A DNA stretch of 64,000 bases from assembly GCA_963666215.2 (NCBI GenBank), contig CAXWPL010000002.1, positions 512,001 through 576,000 on the forward strand. The letters are read 5' to 3'. Source of the DNA: Acidobacteriota bacterium (GTDB lineage: Bacteria > Acidobacteriota > UBA890 > WLXD01). Shown here piece by piece: positions 31,140 to 40,541 of this stretch. Position numbers and translations under genes: made by a program. Position 1 is the stretch's first letter. Every line of letters starts with the position of its first letter. A model generated the notes under the pieces. The model saw nothing but the letters and a program-made list of their open reading frames with translations, was not told the DNA's origin and made no database searches.

Positions 31140-31733
31140 ATGACCGAGCTGCGAGACGAGCGACTCGATTCCACGGCTGCGGCCGGCCTCCGGTTCGGCG
31201 TCGTGGTGTGTCGCGTGAATGGCAACGTGACGGAGCGTCTTCTGGAAGGTGCGCTCGAGGAACTGTGGGCGCACGGCGCTGCCGAGGACGACGTCCGGGT
31301 GGTCCGCGTGCCGGGGGCGTACGAGCTGCCGATGGGCGCTCAGCGGCTGATCGACACCATGTCGCCGCACGCGGTGATTTGTCTCGGAGCGCTGGTGCGC
31401 GGCGAAACGCCTCACTTCGATGTCCTGGCGCACTCCACAGCGATCGCCGTGCACGAGGTCGCGATGCGTGCTCGAGTGCCTATCGCATTCGGGTTGCTGA
31501 CTTGCGATACGATGAGCCAGGCGCTCGCGAGAGCCGGCGTGGAGGTAGGTGACGAGCGGCCGATCGCAAGTCCCAGCGCCACCACTGTCGTCTCGGGCAT
31601 TGCGGGCGCCACGGATAGGTCGAGTCGAGCGCTCACAACGCGTTCGAACAAAGGTGCCGAGGCGACATTGGCTGCTATCGAGATGGCCCTCTTGTTCGTC
31701 GACGTCGCCGACGACGTGGAACCTGCAACCTGA
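31140..31733 (+). CDS. ribH: 6,7-dimethyl-8-ribityllumazine synthase, with ~30 aa insertion
   Basis: VPGAYELP, LVRGETPHFD, FGLLT, NKGAEA; ribH-nusB synteny. Confidence 0.93.
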   Translation: MTELRDERLDSTAAAGLRFGVVVCRVNGNVTERLLEGALEELWAHGAAEDDVRVVRVPGAYELPMGAQRLIDTMSPHAVICLGALVRGETPHFDVLAHSTAIAVHEVAMRARVPIAFGLLTCDTMSQALARAGVEVGDERPIASPSATTVVSGIAGATDRSSRALTTRSNKGAEATLAAIEMALLFVDVADDVEPAT

Positions 31734-31751
31734 TTCGGGACGGCTGAGTCG

Positions 31752-32294
31752 ATGGGATACCGCCATCGCGGGCGCCAGCGCGCCATGCAGTGCCTGTACC
31801 AGTGGCAGGTTACCGGCCGCGATGTCGATCGCTGCCTGGACCTTTTCTGGCAGGCTCACAGCGACCTCGACGAGGTGCGCGCTTTTGCCACCGAGCTCGT
31901 GCGCGGGACCGTCGAGAACATCGAGCTCATTGACACGCTCATCGTCGAACAAGCGTCGAACTGGCGGCCCGATCGCATGGGAATCGTCGATCGCAGCATT
32001 CTGAGGCTGGGTGTGTACGAGCTCACAGCCGCAAGTGACGTGCCCGCCGCGGTCGCCATCGACGAAGCGATCGAGCTCGCCAAGCGTTTCGTCGGCGAGC
32101 GCGCAGGCCAGTTCATCAACGGTGTTCTCGACGGTGTTCGCAAGCGTCTCGACAGCCGTGGCGCCGGTGCGGGTTGGGATCTCGATAGCGCTGCCCCGCA
32201 AGAGTCGCCTCCGTCACGACAAGCTGCCACTGGCGGAAGCCCCGAAGCAGAGGAGGCCGAGTTACCGCCACCCACTGCCGCCACCCACGCCTGA
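31752..32294 (+). CDS. nusB: Transcription antitermination factor NusB
   Basis: RQRAMQCLYQ, DRSILRL, AIDEAIELAKRF, FINGVLD. Confidence 0.96.
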   Translation: MGYRHRGRQRAMQCLYQWQVTGRDVDRCLDLFWQAHSDLDEVRAFATELVRGTVENIELIDTLIVEQASNWRPDRMGIVDRSILRLGVYELTAASDVPAAVAIDEAIELAKRFVGERAGQFINGVLDGVRKRLDSRGAGAGWDLDSAAPQESPPSRQAATGGSPEAEEAELPPPTAATHA

Positions 32295-32333
32295 GCATTC
32301 GCCAGTCGAACGACCAGAACGAGTTCAATCTCA

Positions 32334-34895
32334 ATGGCCGAATACAACCACTCCGAAATCGAGAAACGATGGCAGAAGCACTGGCGCGAGACGGCCGCGT
32401 TTCGTACGCCGCCGGCCGGTGAAAGTGGCGAGGCGGAACGCTTCTACTGTCTCGAGATGCTGCCGTACCCATCCGGACGCATTCATATCGGACACGTCCG
32501 TAACTACTCGATTGGCGACGCGGTAGCGCGGAATCGGCGCATGCGGGGCTACGAGGTGATGCACCCGATCGGCTGGGATGCGCTCGGATTGCCGGCGGAG
32601 AACGCGGCCATAGAGCAGCAGACGCATCCGGCCGAATGGACGCGAAAGAACATCGACGCTATGCGAGCGCAGCTTCAGCGCCTCGGCTTCTCCTACGACT
32701 GGGATCGTGAGATCGCCAGCTATCAGCCCGAATACTACGGCTGGAACCAGTGGTTCTTCCTGCGCTTTCTGGAGAACGATCTCGCTTATCGCAAGGACGG
32801 TCCGGTGAACTGGTGCCCCTCCTGCGCGACGGTGCTGGCCAACGAGCAGGTGGAGGAGGGGCGGTGCTGGCGCTGCGACAGCGAGGTCGAGGAACGGCGG
32901 CTGGCGCAATGGTTCTATCGCATCACGCGTTATGCCGAGGAGCTCCTCGACGGACTCGACGGGCTGACGGAGTGGCCTGAGCGTGTGATCGCGATGCAGC
33001 GCAACTGGATTGGCCGCAGTCGCGGCACCGAGATCGCATTTGCGATCGACGGGCCGGAGGAGGCCGCTCCGTCGGACGGCCAGTTGCGTATCTTCACGAC
33101 GAGGGTCGACACAATCTTCGGCGCGACCTTCATGGTGGTCGCGCCAGAGCATCCATTCGTTCGCGAGCTACTCGACGGCGGTGAGCTCGGCGCCGATGCC
33201 AGCATGGATATCGAAGAGCTGCGCGCCGAGGTGGAACGACTGGCGGCTATGCCGCGTCGAGCTCGTCGCGGCGAGGACATCGACAAGCACGGTGTATTCA
33301 CGGGCAGCTACGCCATCAATCCCTTCAATGGTGAACGTCTCCCCATCTGGGTGGCCAACTTTGTGCTGATGGACTACGGGACAGGCGCCATCATGGCGGT
33401 CCCGGCGCACGACGAGCGCGACCACACGTTCGCCACCAAGTACGACCTGCCTGTCCGGCCGGTTATCAGCTTGGCGACGGAAGACCCAGAACCGGATGGT
33501 GGCGACCTTCCGGACCTGCCTTTCTCAGAGGAGGGGCACCTCCTGTCGAACTGTGGTGAGTTCTCGGGTTTGGGCACCGCCGACGCGCGCGCCACGATGA
33601 CGGCGCACGCCAAGACGCTCGGTTTCGGCCACGGTGCCATTGACTACAAGCTCAAGGATTGGGGACTGTCGCGGCAGCGCTACTGGGGGACACCGATCCC
33701 GATCATTCACTGTCCGGCGTGCGGTGTGGTTCCGGTGCCTGACGAGGATCTGCCGGTGGTCCTGCCAGCGGACGCTCCGCTCGACCGCGGCCAGGGCTCG
33801 CCGCTGGAGCGCGTGGAATCGTTCGTCAACGTCGATTGTCCGCGCTGCGGCGTGGCAGCGCGGCGCGAGACCGATACGATGGACACCTTTGTCGATTCCT
33901 CGTGGTACTACCTGCGTTATCTATCGCCCAACGACGCCACGGTGCCGTTCAGCAAGATCGAGGGCGACGCCTGGTCCCCGGTCGATCTCTACATCGGCGG
34001 TGTCGAGCACGCCGTGCTGCACTTGCTCTACTTCCGGTTCTTCTGCAGGGCGCTGCGTGACCTCGGACTCCTTTCCGTCGACGAGCCCACCCGCGGGTTG
34101 CTGACTCAAGGAATGGTGACCAAAGACGGCGCCAAGATGTCCAAGTCGAAGGGCAACACGGTTGACCCGGATGAGATGGTCGAGCGTTACGGTGCCGATA
34201 CCACCCGACTGTTCGTGTTGTTCGCCGCCCCCCCCGTGCGCGATCTCGAATGGGACGAGCGCGGTGTCGAGGGATGTGCGCGTTTCCTCGGACGCGTGTG
34301 GAAGCTGATCGAAGGTGAAGCCTCGAGCTTGCCGCCTGTGGAGGCCGGGTTCGGGGACGCCGGGCCGTCGCTGCCCGAGCCCTTGGCCCAGCTGCACCGC
34401 AAGGTCCACGAGACCGTGCGCCGTGTCACCAGGGACGTCGAGGAACGTCTGCAATTCAACACCGCGATCGCTGCTCTCATGGAGCTCACCAACGCCTGCA
34501 ACACCGCGCGCCAGGCGGTTTCGATCGTGGAGGCGGGCGAGCACAGCTGGGTGTACCGCCTGGCATTCGAGCGCCTGGCGGTGATGCTGTCGGTGTTTGC
34601 GCCGCACATCGCGCAGGAGCTCTGGACGACGCTCGGCCACAGCGAGGATCTGACGCGATACCCGTGGCCGGAATACGACCCGTCGGTGCTGCAAAGTGAT
34701 GAGGCGACGATGATCGTGCAGGTCGACGGCCGGCTCCGCGGTCGCCTGGTGGTGCCCACGGACCTGGCTGACGAGCAGCGGCTGACCGAGATGGCGATGG
34801 CCGATCCAGTCATACGCGCGCATGTCGAGGGTCGTCAGCTGCGCCGCTCGATCGTTGTGCCCGGAAAGATCTTGAACTTGGTCACGAGCCCATGA
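32334..34895 (+). CDS. leuS: Leucine--tRNA ligase
   Basis: PYPSGRIHIGH, GWDALGLPAENAA, SRQRYWG, KMSKSKGN. Confidence 0.98.
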   Translation: MAEYNHSEIEKRWQKHWRETAAFRTPPAGESGEAERFYCLEMLPYPSGRIHIGHVRNYSIGDAVARNRRMRGYEVMHPIGWDALGLPAENAAIEQQTHPAEWTRKNIDAMRAQLQRLGFSYDWDREIASYQPEYYGWNQWFFLRFLENDLAYRKDGPVNWCPSCATVLANEQVEEGRCWRCDSEVEERRLAQWFYRITRYAEELLDGLDGLTEWPERVIAMQRNWIGRSRGTEIAFAIDGPEEAAPSDGQLRIFTTRVDTIFGATFMVVAPEHPFVRELLDGGELGADASMDIEELRAEVERLAAMPRRARRGEDIDKHGVFTGSYAINPFNGERLPIWVANFVLMDYGTGAIMAVPAHDERDHTFATKYDLPVRPVISLATEDPEPDGGDLPDLPFSEEGHLLSNCGEFSGLGTADARATMTAHAKTLGFGHGAIDYKLKDWGLSRQRYWGTPIPIIHCPACGVVPVPDEDLPVVLPADAPLDRGQGSPLERVESFVNVDCPRCGVAARRETDTMDTFVDSSWYYLRYLSPNDATVPFSKIEGDAWSPVDLYIGGVEHAVLHLLYFRFFCRALRDLGLLSVDEPTRGLLTQGMVTKDGAKMSKSKGNTVDPDEMVERYGADTTRLFVLFAAPPVRDLEWDERGVEGCARFLGRVWKLIEGEASSLPPVEAGFGDAGPSLPEPLAQLHRKVHETVRRVTRDVEERLQFNTAIAALMELTNACNTARQAVSIVEAGEHSWVYRLAFERLAVMLSVFAPHIAQELWTTLGHSEDLTRYPWPEYDPSVLQSDEATMIVQVDGRLRGRLVVPTDLADEQRLTEMAMADPVIRAHVEGRQLRRSIVVPGKILNLVTSP

Positions 34896-35494
34896 GCGCC
34901 ATCGTCCGGACCCAATCGCGCCGTCGCTCGCCAACCGTCGCGGGCTTGTTGACGCGTGGCCGCGGGAGCGGCGTCAATCTCGGAGTGATGGCCCTGGTGA
35001 CGACACTGGCCCTAGGCACGATGGCATCGTGTGGCTACTCGCTTGTTGGTCGCGGCTCGTTCGTTCCGGAGTACATCCGCGTCGTGGCGATTCCTACGTT
35101 CACCAACAACACGGCGCGCTTCGAGCTCGGCGTACGCGTTACCGACGCCGTGACGCGCGAGTTCGTTTCGCGCGGCAACTTTCGCCTTGTCGGCGATGAG
35201 TCGGGTGCCGACGCCGTGCTGCGGGGCGAGATTCGGGCCTTCAACGTCAATCCGGTCGGGATCGACCGTGCGCAGAACGCTGATAACTGGCAGGTGACGA
35301 TTCAGGCGCGCGTCACCTTCACGGACATGGTTCAGAACCGCGTTCTGTTCACCAACAGCGCCTTCCTGTTTCAGCGCACGTTCGAGTTCCCACGGGTGTC
35401 GGGTGACATCGTGGACATCGAGGCCGGTTCCATCGACGAGATCGCCGAGGAATTTGCACGTTCGGTGGTGTCCAGCATCCTCGAGGGCTTCTGA
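34892..35494 (+). CDS. lptE: LPS assembly lipoprotein LptE family
   Basis: Lipobox-like MASCGY; leuS-lptE-holA synteny. Confidence 0.85.
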   Translation: MSAIVRTQSRRRSPTVAGLLTRGRGSGVNLGVMALVTTLALGTMASCGYSLVGRGSFVPEYIRVVAIPTFTNNTARFELGVRVTDAVTREFVSRGNFRLVGDESGADAVLRGEIRAFNVNPVGIDRAQNADNWQVTIQARVTFTDMVQNRVLFTNSAFLFQRTFEFPRVSGDIVDIEAGSIDEIAEEFARSVVSSILEGF

Positions 35495-35598
35495 TTCTCC
35501 CACCGACGCCGGCGGCGGCACTGTTGTGATCGTTCCCGGTTCTGCGCCGTCCCGTCGAACGGCACGGGCAGGGCCAGAGCGTCTGAAGAACAAGGAGC

Positions 35599-36774
35599 AT
35601 GGTGAGCGCCAAGTCACGGCGGACCAACGGAACGAGAACGGGAACGGGAGCGGGGCGTCGTGCGAGCGCGCGCAAGGCGATCAACGTCGGTGATCTGCGG
35701 CGGGCGGTCGCCGCCGCGAGCGCCGCCCCGGTCTACCTGGTGTGGGGAGCGGAGCAGGCGCTGAGGCGTCGGGCCTACGAAGCGCTGCAGAGCACTTTCC
35801 TGGGCGAGGACAAAGACAATCCTTCTGCTCCGTCCACCCCCGACCTAGTCCGCCTCGACGGCACCGTCTGCTCTCTCGCGGCTGTGCTGGACGAAGCCCG
35901 TTCGTTACCCCTCTTTTCCTTCGCTTCAACCGCAGGCGTCGATCGCGAAGGACCGACACGGCTGATCTGGGTGAACGGGTGCGACAAGTGGGGCGTGCTC
36001 TCGACCGCCGACGAGTCGGCGCTGGAGAGATATCTTCAGGACCCTGTGACGGATACTTGCCTTGTCTTCGAGGCGACCAAGCTCGACAAGCGGCGAACCT
36101 TTTACAAGCTCATGGTGCGCGACGCGGTGCTGGTGGCATGTGATCCGCCGGAACGCGAGGCCGATGTTCGACGCTGGATCGAGGCCACGGTAAGGGCGCG
36201 CGGTTTCGAGATCGATCGCGACGCCGTGGTGCTGCTCCTGGAGCTCGTCGGCCGAAGTATCTCGCAGCTCGAGCAGGAGCTCGAGAAGGTCATGTTGTAC
36301 GTCGGTGAGCCCGGGAACATCCAAGCGCGTGACTTCGAGGGACTGCTCGGTCGCAGCCGCGAGCACTCGGTCTTCGAGCTTACCGACGCTCTGGCAGGCG
36401 GAAGCACGACGAACGCCATCCGTACTCTCAATCGACTGCTCGACGACGGCGAGGAGCCGATCCGTTTGCTGGCAATGGTGGCGTGGGTTTGCCGCCAACT
36501 CGTGCTCGCGGGCGATCTGGCGGGATCCGGCTGTGCACAAAAAGAGGCAATGGAGGGCCTCGGTGGTCGTTGGGAGCAGCGCCGCGTGATTCTCGCCCGG
36601 GCGACGAAGGCCACGAGGGGTGTCGCCGACGGGCGAGATCGTCTACTCAGCCTGCTGCGCGGCTGTGCTCGAGCCGATTTAGCCGTAAAGGGGGCCCGCG
36701 GCCCAGGCAACGATGGTCAGCGCGTTGCGCGCGGACATCTCGAGACTCTCTGCCGCCAGATCTGCGCCGCGTGA
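35599..36774 (+). CDS. holA: DNA polymerase III subunit delta
   Basis: PVYLVWGAE, SLPLF, KLDKRR, ELEKVMLY, VFELTDA; synteny. Confidence 0.9.
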   Translation: MVSAKSRRTNGTRTGTGAGRRASARKAINVGDLRRAVAAASAAPVYLVWGAEQALRRRAYEALQSTFLGEDKDNPSAPSTPDLVRLDGTVCSLAAVLDEARSLPLFSFASTAGVDREGPTRLIWVNGCDKWGVLSTADESALERYLQDPVTDTCLVFEATKLDKRRTFYKLMVRDAVLVACDPPEREADVRRWIEATVRARGFEIDRDAVVLLLELVGRSISQLEQELEKVMLYVGEPGNIQARDFEGLLGRSREHSVFELTDALAGGSTTNAIRTLNRLLDDGEEPIRLLAMVAWVCRQLVLAGDLAGSGCAQKEAMEGLGGRWEQRRVILARATKATRGVADGRDRLLSLLRGCARADLAVKGARGPGNDGQRVARGHLETLCRQICAA

Positions 36775-36899
36775 GCGCAGGCGTGCAACGCAGGGGAGGT
36801 CACCAGCGGGCGCGGCGCGTCTATCGAGGGGAGCCCCACGTGACCCAGAGCGTCGGGAGCCGCTCTCTGGATCGCGGCGACTGGGCTGAGTCGGCTGAC

Positions 36900-37166
36900 T
36901 CAGCTGGCCATGGCGGCGATGCGCCGCAACATACGGGATTTCTTCCGGGCCGCGACGTTACGATGGATCACACCGAGACTGGCGGACTGGTCGAGCAGCG
37001 ACTGGGCATCGTTCCAGCTGCTTTGCACAGCGGCTGTGTCGCCGGCGGCGATCGCTTCGTCGAGCTTGCGGAGCGAGCCGCGCAGGCGAGACAGGCGAGA
37101 GCGGTTGCGGGCACGTCGCACGATGTTCTGCCGCTCACGCTTCTTCGCGGATGCAATGTTGGGCAT
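36900..37166 (-). CDS. rpsT: 30S ribosomal protein S20
   Basis: MPNIASAKKRERQ, GVIHRNVAARKKSR. Confidence 0.97.
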   Translation of the reverse strand: MPNIASAKKRERQNIVRRARNRSRLSRLRGSLRKLDEAIAAGDTAAVQSSWNDAQSLLDQSASLGVIHRNVAARKKSRMLRRIAAMAS

Positions 37167-37238
37167 GTTCGTAGAATCCCTAGCGCGTTCGCTTCGATTT
37201 CATTACGGGGCCAGCCCCAAGCAAGGGCGTGACTGTCC

Positions 37239-38903
37239 GTGTCGGATGGCCAAGCTGATAAGAGTAGGCCCGGACCGGTAGCGGGTCAAACACTTGATGG
37301 GGCCGGCTCCGCCGCAATTCTGCGCGCCGCCGGGCTCGTCGGCTCGATGACCTTGATCTCGCGGGCGGCCGGCTTTGTGCGTGACGCCATGCTCGCCGGG
37401 CTTCTGGGCACCGGTACCGCGGGCGACGCCTGGACCGCCGCCTTCCAGCTCCCCAATACACTGCGCCGTCTCGTCGGTGAGGGCAACGTCTCGGCCGCCT
37501 TTCTGCCGGTGTTCGCGGCCGAGTCGCGGGAGCGCCAGGGGCACCATCTTTGGGCCCTCGCAGAACGGCTGCACTCGGCCATAGCGCTGTTTGCTGGGGC
37601 ACTGACCGCGGCTGGGGTCCTCGCCGCGCCACTGATCGTGCCGTGGCTGTACCCCGGATACGCGTCCGTCGCAGGCAAGACGGCGCTCACGGTGAGGCTC
37701 ACCCAACTCGCCTTCCCGTATCTGATCTGCATCGCCTCGGCCGCCGTATTGATGGCTGTGCTCAACGCCCGCGGTCGGTTCGCTGCCGCTGCGTTCACGC
37801 CGGTGCTGTTGAACCTGTCGATGATCGCCGGCGCCGCTGTGGGTTGGCTTGCCGATTTGCGTCAGCCCGTCTACGCGATCGTCGTGGGCGCGGTGGCGGG
37901 AGGCGCGTTGCAGTGGGCCTTTCTCGTGCCCTTCGTCCGCCGCGCCGGAATGCGGGTGCGGCCGCGAGCCGATCTCGATGACCCCGCGCTACGTCGCATC
38001 GTGCGGCTGATGGTGCCGGGGCTGTTCGGTGTGAGCATCGTGCAGATCAACATCCTTGTTGGGCGGCTACTGGCGAGCGAGCTGCAAGAGGGCAGCGTCA
38101 CGTCGCTCTACTACGCGTCGCGGATCAACGAGCTCACCCTCGGCGTGTTCGTCATTTCCGTTGCCACGGTCGTGTTACCAACGATGTCGCAGCACGGTGC
38201 TGCTGGCCGCATGGGGGCACTACGCGACACGTTGGGACTATCTCTGCGACACGTGATGGCCATGACGATCCCGGCGACGGTGGGGATCGTGCTGCTGCGT
38301 ACCGATATCGCGCGCGTTCTGTTTGAGCGCGGCCGGTTCGACGGTACTTCCACCGCGCTGACGGCGGCGGCCCTGTGGGGCTACAGCTTGGGCCTGGTGG
38401 GAATCGCCGTGGTTCGCGTAACCGCTCCCGCCTTCTATGCGCTGCGCGACACGCGAACCCCCGTGGTGGCGGCCGCGCTGGCCATGGTCGTCAACATCGC
38501 CGGTTGTCTCTGGCTTCGCGAGTCGTTGGCGAACGCCGGCATCGCGCTCGCCAACTCACTCGCGACGTTCGTCAACGCCGGCGTGTTGCTCCTTCTGTTG
38601 CGCGGCCGTTTGAACGGCCTGGCCGGGAAAGAAGTTCTCGCCGCGGCAATCCGCATTGGTCTAGCGGCGGGGGCAATGGCGTGGGTGGTCGCGGGAGTTC
38701 GACCGCGCGCAATGCCGGTCGCGGCGCACGGTGGTTGGAGCGATGCCGCCGGTCTCGCCGCGACTGTAGCGCTGGGCCTGCTGACCTATGCCGCGGCGTT
38801 GGCGGTGCTGCGCGCACCCGAGTTGATGGAGCTACGGGGCGGCCTGCGCCGTAAGCTGCCTGATACGCTTGCGGCCACCGGGGACGATGAAGACGACTCG
38901 TGA
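37239..38903 (+). CDS. murJ: Lipid II flippase MurJ
   Basis: SRAAGFVRD, PNTLRRLVGEG, LYYASR, FYALRDTRTP; divergent from rpsT; start uncertain. Confidence 0.95.
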   Translation: MSDGQADKSRPGPVAGQTLDGAGSAAILRAAGLVGSMTLISRAAGFVRDAMLAGLLGTGTAGDAWTAAFQLPNTLRRLVGEGNVSAAFLPVFAAESRERQGHHLWALAERLHSAIALFAGALTAAGVLAAPLIVPWLYPGYASVAGKTALTVRLTQLAFPYLICIASAAVLMAVLNARGRFAAAAFTPVLLNLSMIAGAAVGWLADLRQPVYAIVVGAVAGGALQWAFLVPFVRRAGMRVRPRADLDDPALRRIVRLMVPGLFGVSIVQINILVGRLLASELQEGSVTSLYYASRINELTLGVFVISVATVVLPTMSQHGAAGRMGALRDTLGLSLRHVMAMTIPATVGIVLLRTDIARVLFERGRFDGTSTALTAAALWGYSLGLVGIAVVRVTAPAFYALRDTRTPVVAAALAMVVNIAGCLWLRESLANAGIALANSLATFVNAGVLLLLLRGRLNGLAGKEVLAAAIRIGLAAGAMAWVVAGVRPRAMPVAAHGGWSDAAGLAATVALGLLTYAAALAVLRAPELMELRGGLRRKLPDTLAATGDDEDDS

Positions 38904-39084
38904 CCAACAACGCCCGTGGCGCCGGATGGGCTCCGCGTCTCGGCGGTGAGCTCGGCGTACCAGTAGGGGGCCTTTACGCCCAACGGTTCTCGTCCCTGGA
39001 GCCCCGACACGGAGCGGGGCACCGCCGCCGGTCTCATCAGATGGAACCAGCGCGCATGAGAAAGGACCGAAGAGGACTAGCCCG

Positions 39085-39561
39085 GTGATCGTCGTGCTGC
39101 AGCGAGTGAGCCGCGCCTGCGTGCGCGTTGAGGGTGAGGTCGTGGGAACCATCGGGCCCGGCTTGCTGGCGCTCGTTGGTGCGGTCGAGGGCGATCAGGA
39201 GTCCGATGTCGACTACGTCGCCAAGCGTCTGCTGCACACGCGAATCTTTGCCGACGACGCTGACCGCATGAACCGATCATTGCTCGACGTCGGGGGGCAG
39301 ATCTTGGTGGTGTCGCAGTTCACTCTCGCCGGAGACACACACAAGGGTCGGCGCCCCTCGTTCGTCCGCGCGCTGGCGCCAGATCTCGCGGCGCCGATGA
39401 TCGATGGCTTGATCGAGCGGCTTCGCGAGTCCGGTGTCGTGGCGCAGAGCGGGATTTTCGGCGCCCACATGGAGGTTGAGTTGGTGAACGACGGGCCGGT
39501 GACAATCCTGCTCGATTCGCGGCAAACGCGCCGTGGCGGGTACCGGGAAGCCATCGATTGA
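39085..39561 (+). CDS. dtd: D-aminoacyl-tRNA deacylase
   Basis: LQRV, SQFTL, KGRRPSF, NDGPVT. Confidence 0.97.
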   Translation: MIVVLQRVSRACVRVEGEVVGTIGPGLLALVGAVEGDQESDVDYVAKRLLHTRIFADDADRMNRSLLDVGGQILVVSQFTLAGDTHKGRRPSFVRALAPDLAAPMIDGLIERLRESGVVAQSGIFGAHMEVELVNDGPVTILLDSRQTRRGGYREAID

Positions 39562-40526
39562 TGTCAAGGGCGCCAGGAGCATCGAGAGCGATCAGCCAAG
39601 AGCCCGCCGCTGCGGGCAAGCGTCCGGAGTCCGAGGAGCTTGGTGGCTGGCTCACCGACTACCTCGAGCACCTACGCGTGGAGCGTGGCCTGGCCGCGCG
39701 CTCGGTAGCCGCCTATCGCGCCGACCTCGTTGCCTTCGCAACCTGGTGCCGCTCCGAACGCATCGAGCCGCTCGGTGTGGCGCCTTCCGAGCTGCGTCGA
39801 TACCTCGATGCGGAAGCTCGCATCGGTCTGACGTCACGTTCCCGCGCTCGGGGAATGTCGGCGCTGCGGGGTTTCTATCGTTTTGTCGTGCGATGCGGTC
39901 GCGTTGAAGTGGATCCGACGGAGCTGTTGCAGGTGCGCGAGGGGCGCAGACGGTTGCCGGCGCCGCTCAGCTACGACGAGGTGGACCGGCTCTTGGCCCA
40001 ACCGGACACGACCGATCCTGGTGGTGTACGTGACCGCGCGCTACTCGAGGTCGCCTACGGCAGCGGTCTGCGGGTCTCGGAGCTGGTCGGGCTGAGACTC
40101 GCGGACATTGACCTGGACGACGGCTTCCTGCGTTGCCGCGGCAAGGGCAGCAAGCAGCGTCTCGTGCCATTGAGCGACGAAGCCGTGACCTGGTTGCGCT
40201 GTTATCGGGACGAGCATCGCGCCGCAATCGGACCGTCGGCAACCGAAGACCACACGTTCCTCGGTCGCCGAGGCAAGCCGCTGAGCCGCCAATGGGTCGG
40301 CAAGCTCGTCAAGCGCTACGCCATCGCCGCCGGAATCGCTTCGGAGCGTGTCAGTCCGCACGTGCTGCGGCACAGCTTCGCGACCCACCTCCTGGAGGGG
40401 GACGCCGATCTACGCGCGGTGCAGGCGATGCTCGGACACGCCCGAATCGTGACCACCGAGGTCTACACTCACGTCGACCGCAGCCGTCTGCGGCAGGTCT
40501 ACGACCGGTACCATCCACGTGCCTGA
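39561..40526 (+). CDS. xerD: Site-specific tyrosine recombinase XerD
   Basis: GLRVSEL, GKGSKQRLVP, SPHVLRHSFATHLL, LGH, YTHV, C-terminal HPRA. Confidence 0.9.
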   Translation: MSRAPGASRAISQEPAAAGKRPESEELGGWLTDYLEHLRVERGLAARSVAAYRADLVAFATWCRSERIEPLGVAPSELRRYLDAEARIGLTSRSRARGMSALRGFYRFVVRCGRVEVDPTELLQVREGRRRLPAPLSYDEVDRLLAQPDTTDPGGVRDRALLEVAYGSGLRVSELVGLRLADIDLDDGFLRCRGKGSKQRLVPLSDEAVTWLRCYRDEHRAAIGPSATEDHTFLGRRGKPLSRQWVGKLVKRYAIAAGIASERVSPHVLRHSFATHLLEGDADLRAVQAMLGHARIVTTEVYTHVDRSRLRQVYDRYHPRA

Positions 40527-40541
40527 GTCTTCGAGGGTTGG

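Noticed and set aside
24585-34934. Long antisense ORFs (e.g. 24585-25655, 30939-32201, 33921-34934)
   Set aside because: They mirror well-supported + strand genes; expected in GC-rich DNA; no motifs
39032-39061. SAM-I-like P1 (TCTCAT...ATGAGA) upstream of dtd
   Set aside because: Only about 18 nt enclosed; no P2-P4 core
39561-40526. Tyrosine recombinase as a prophage or island integrase
   Set aside because: XerD-type sequence within a housekeeping operon; no att repeats, tRNA or phage genes nearby
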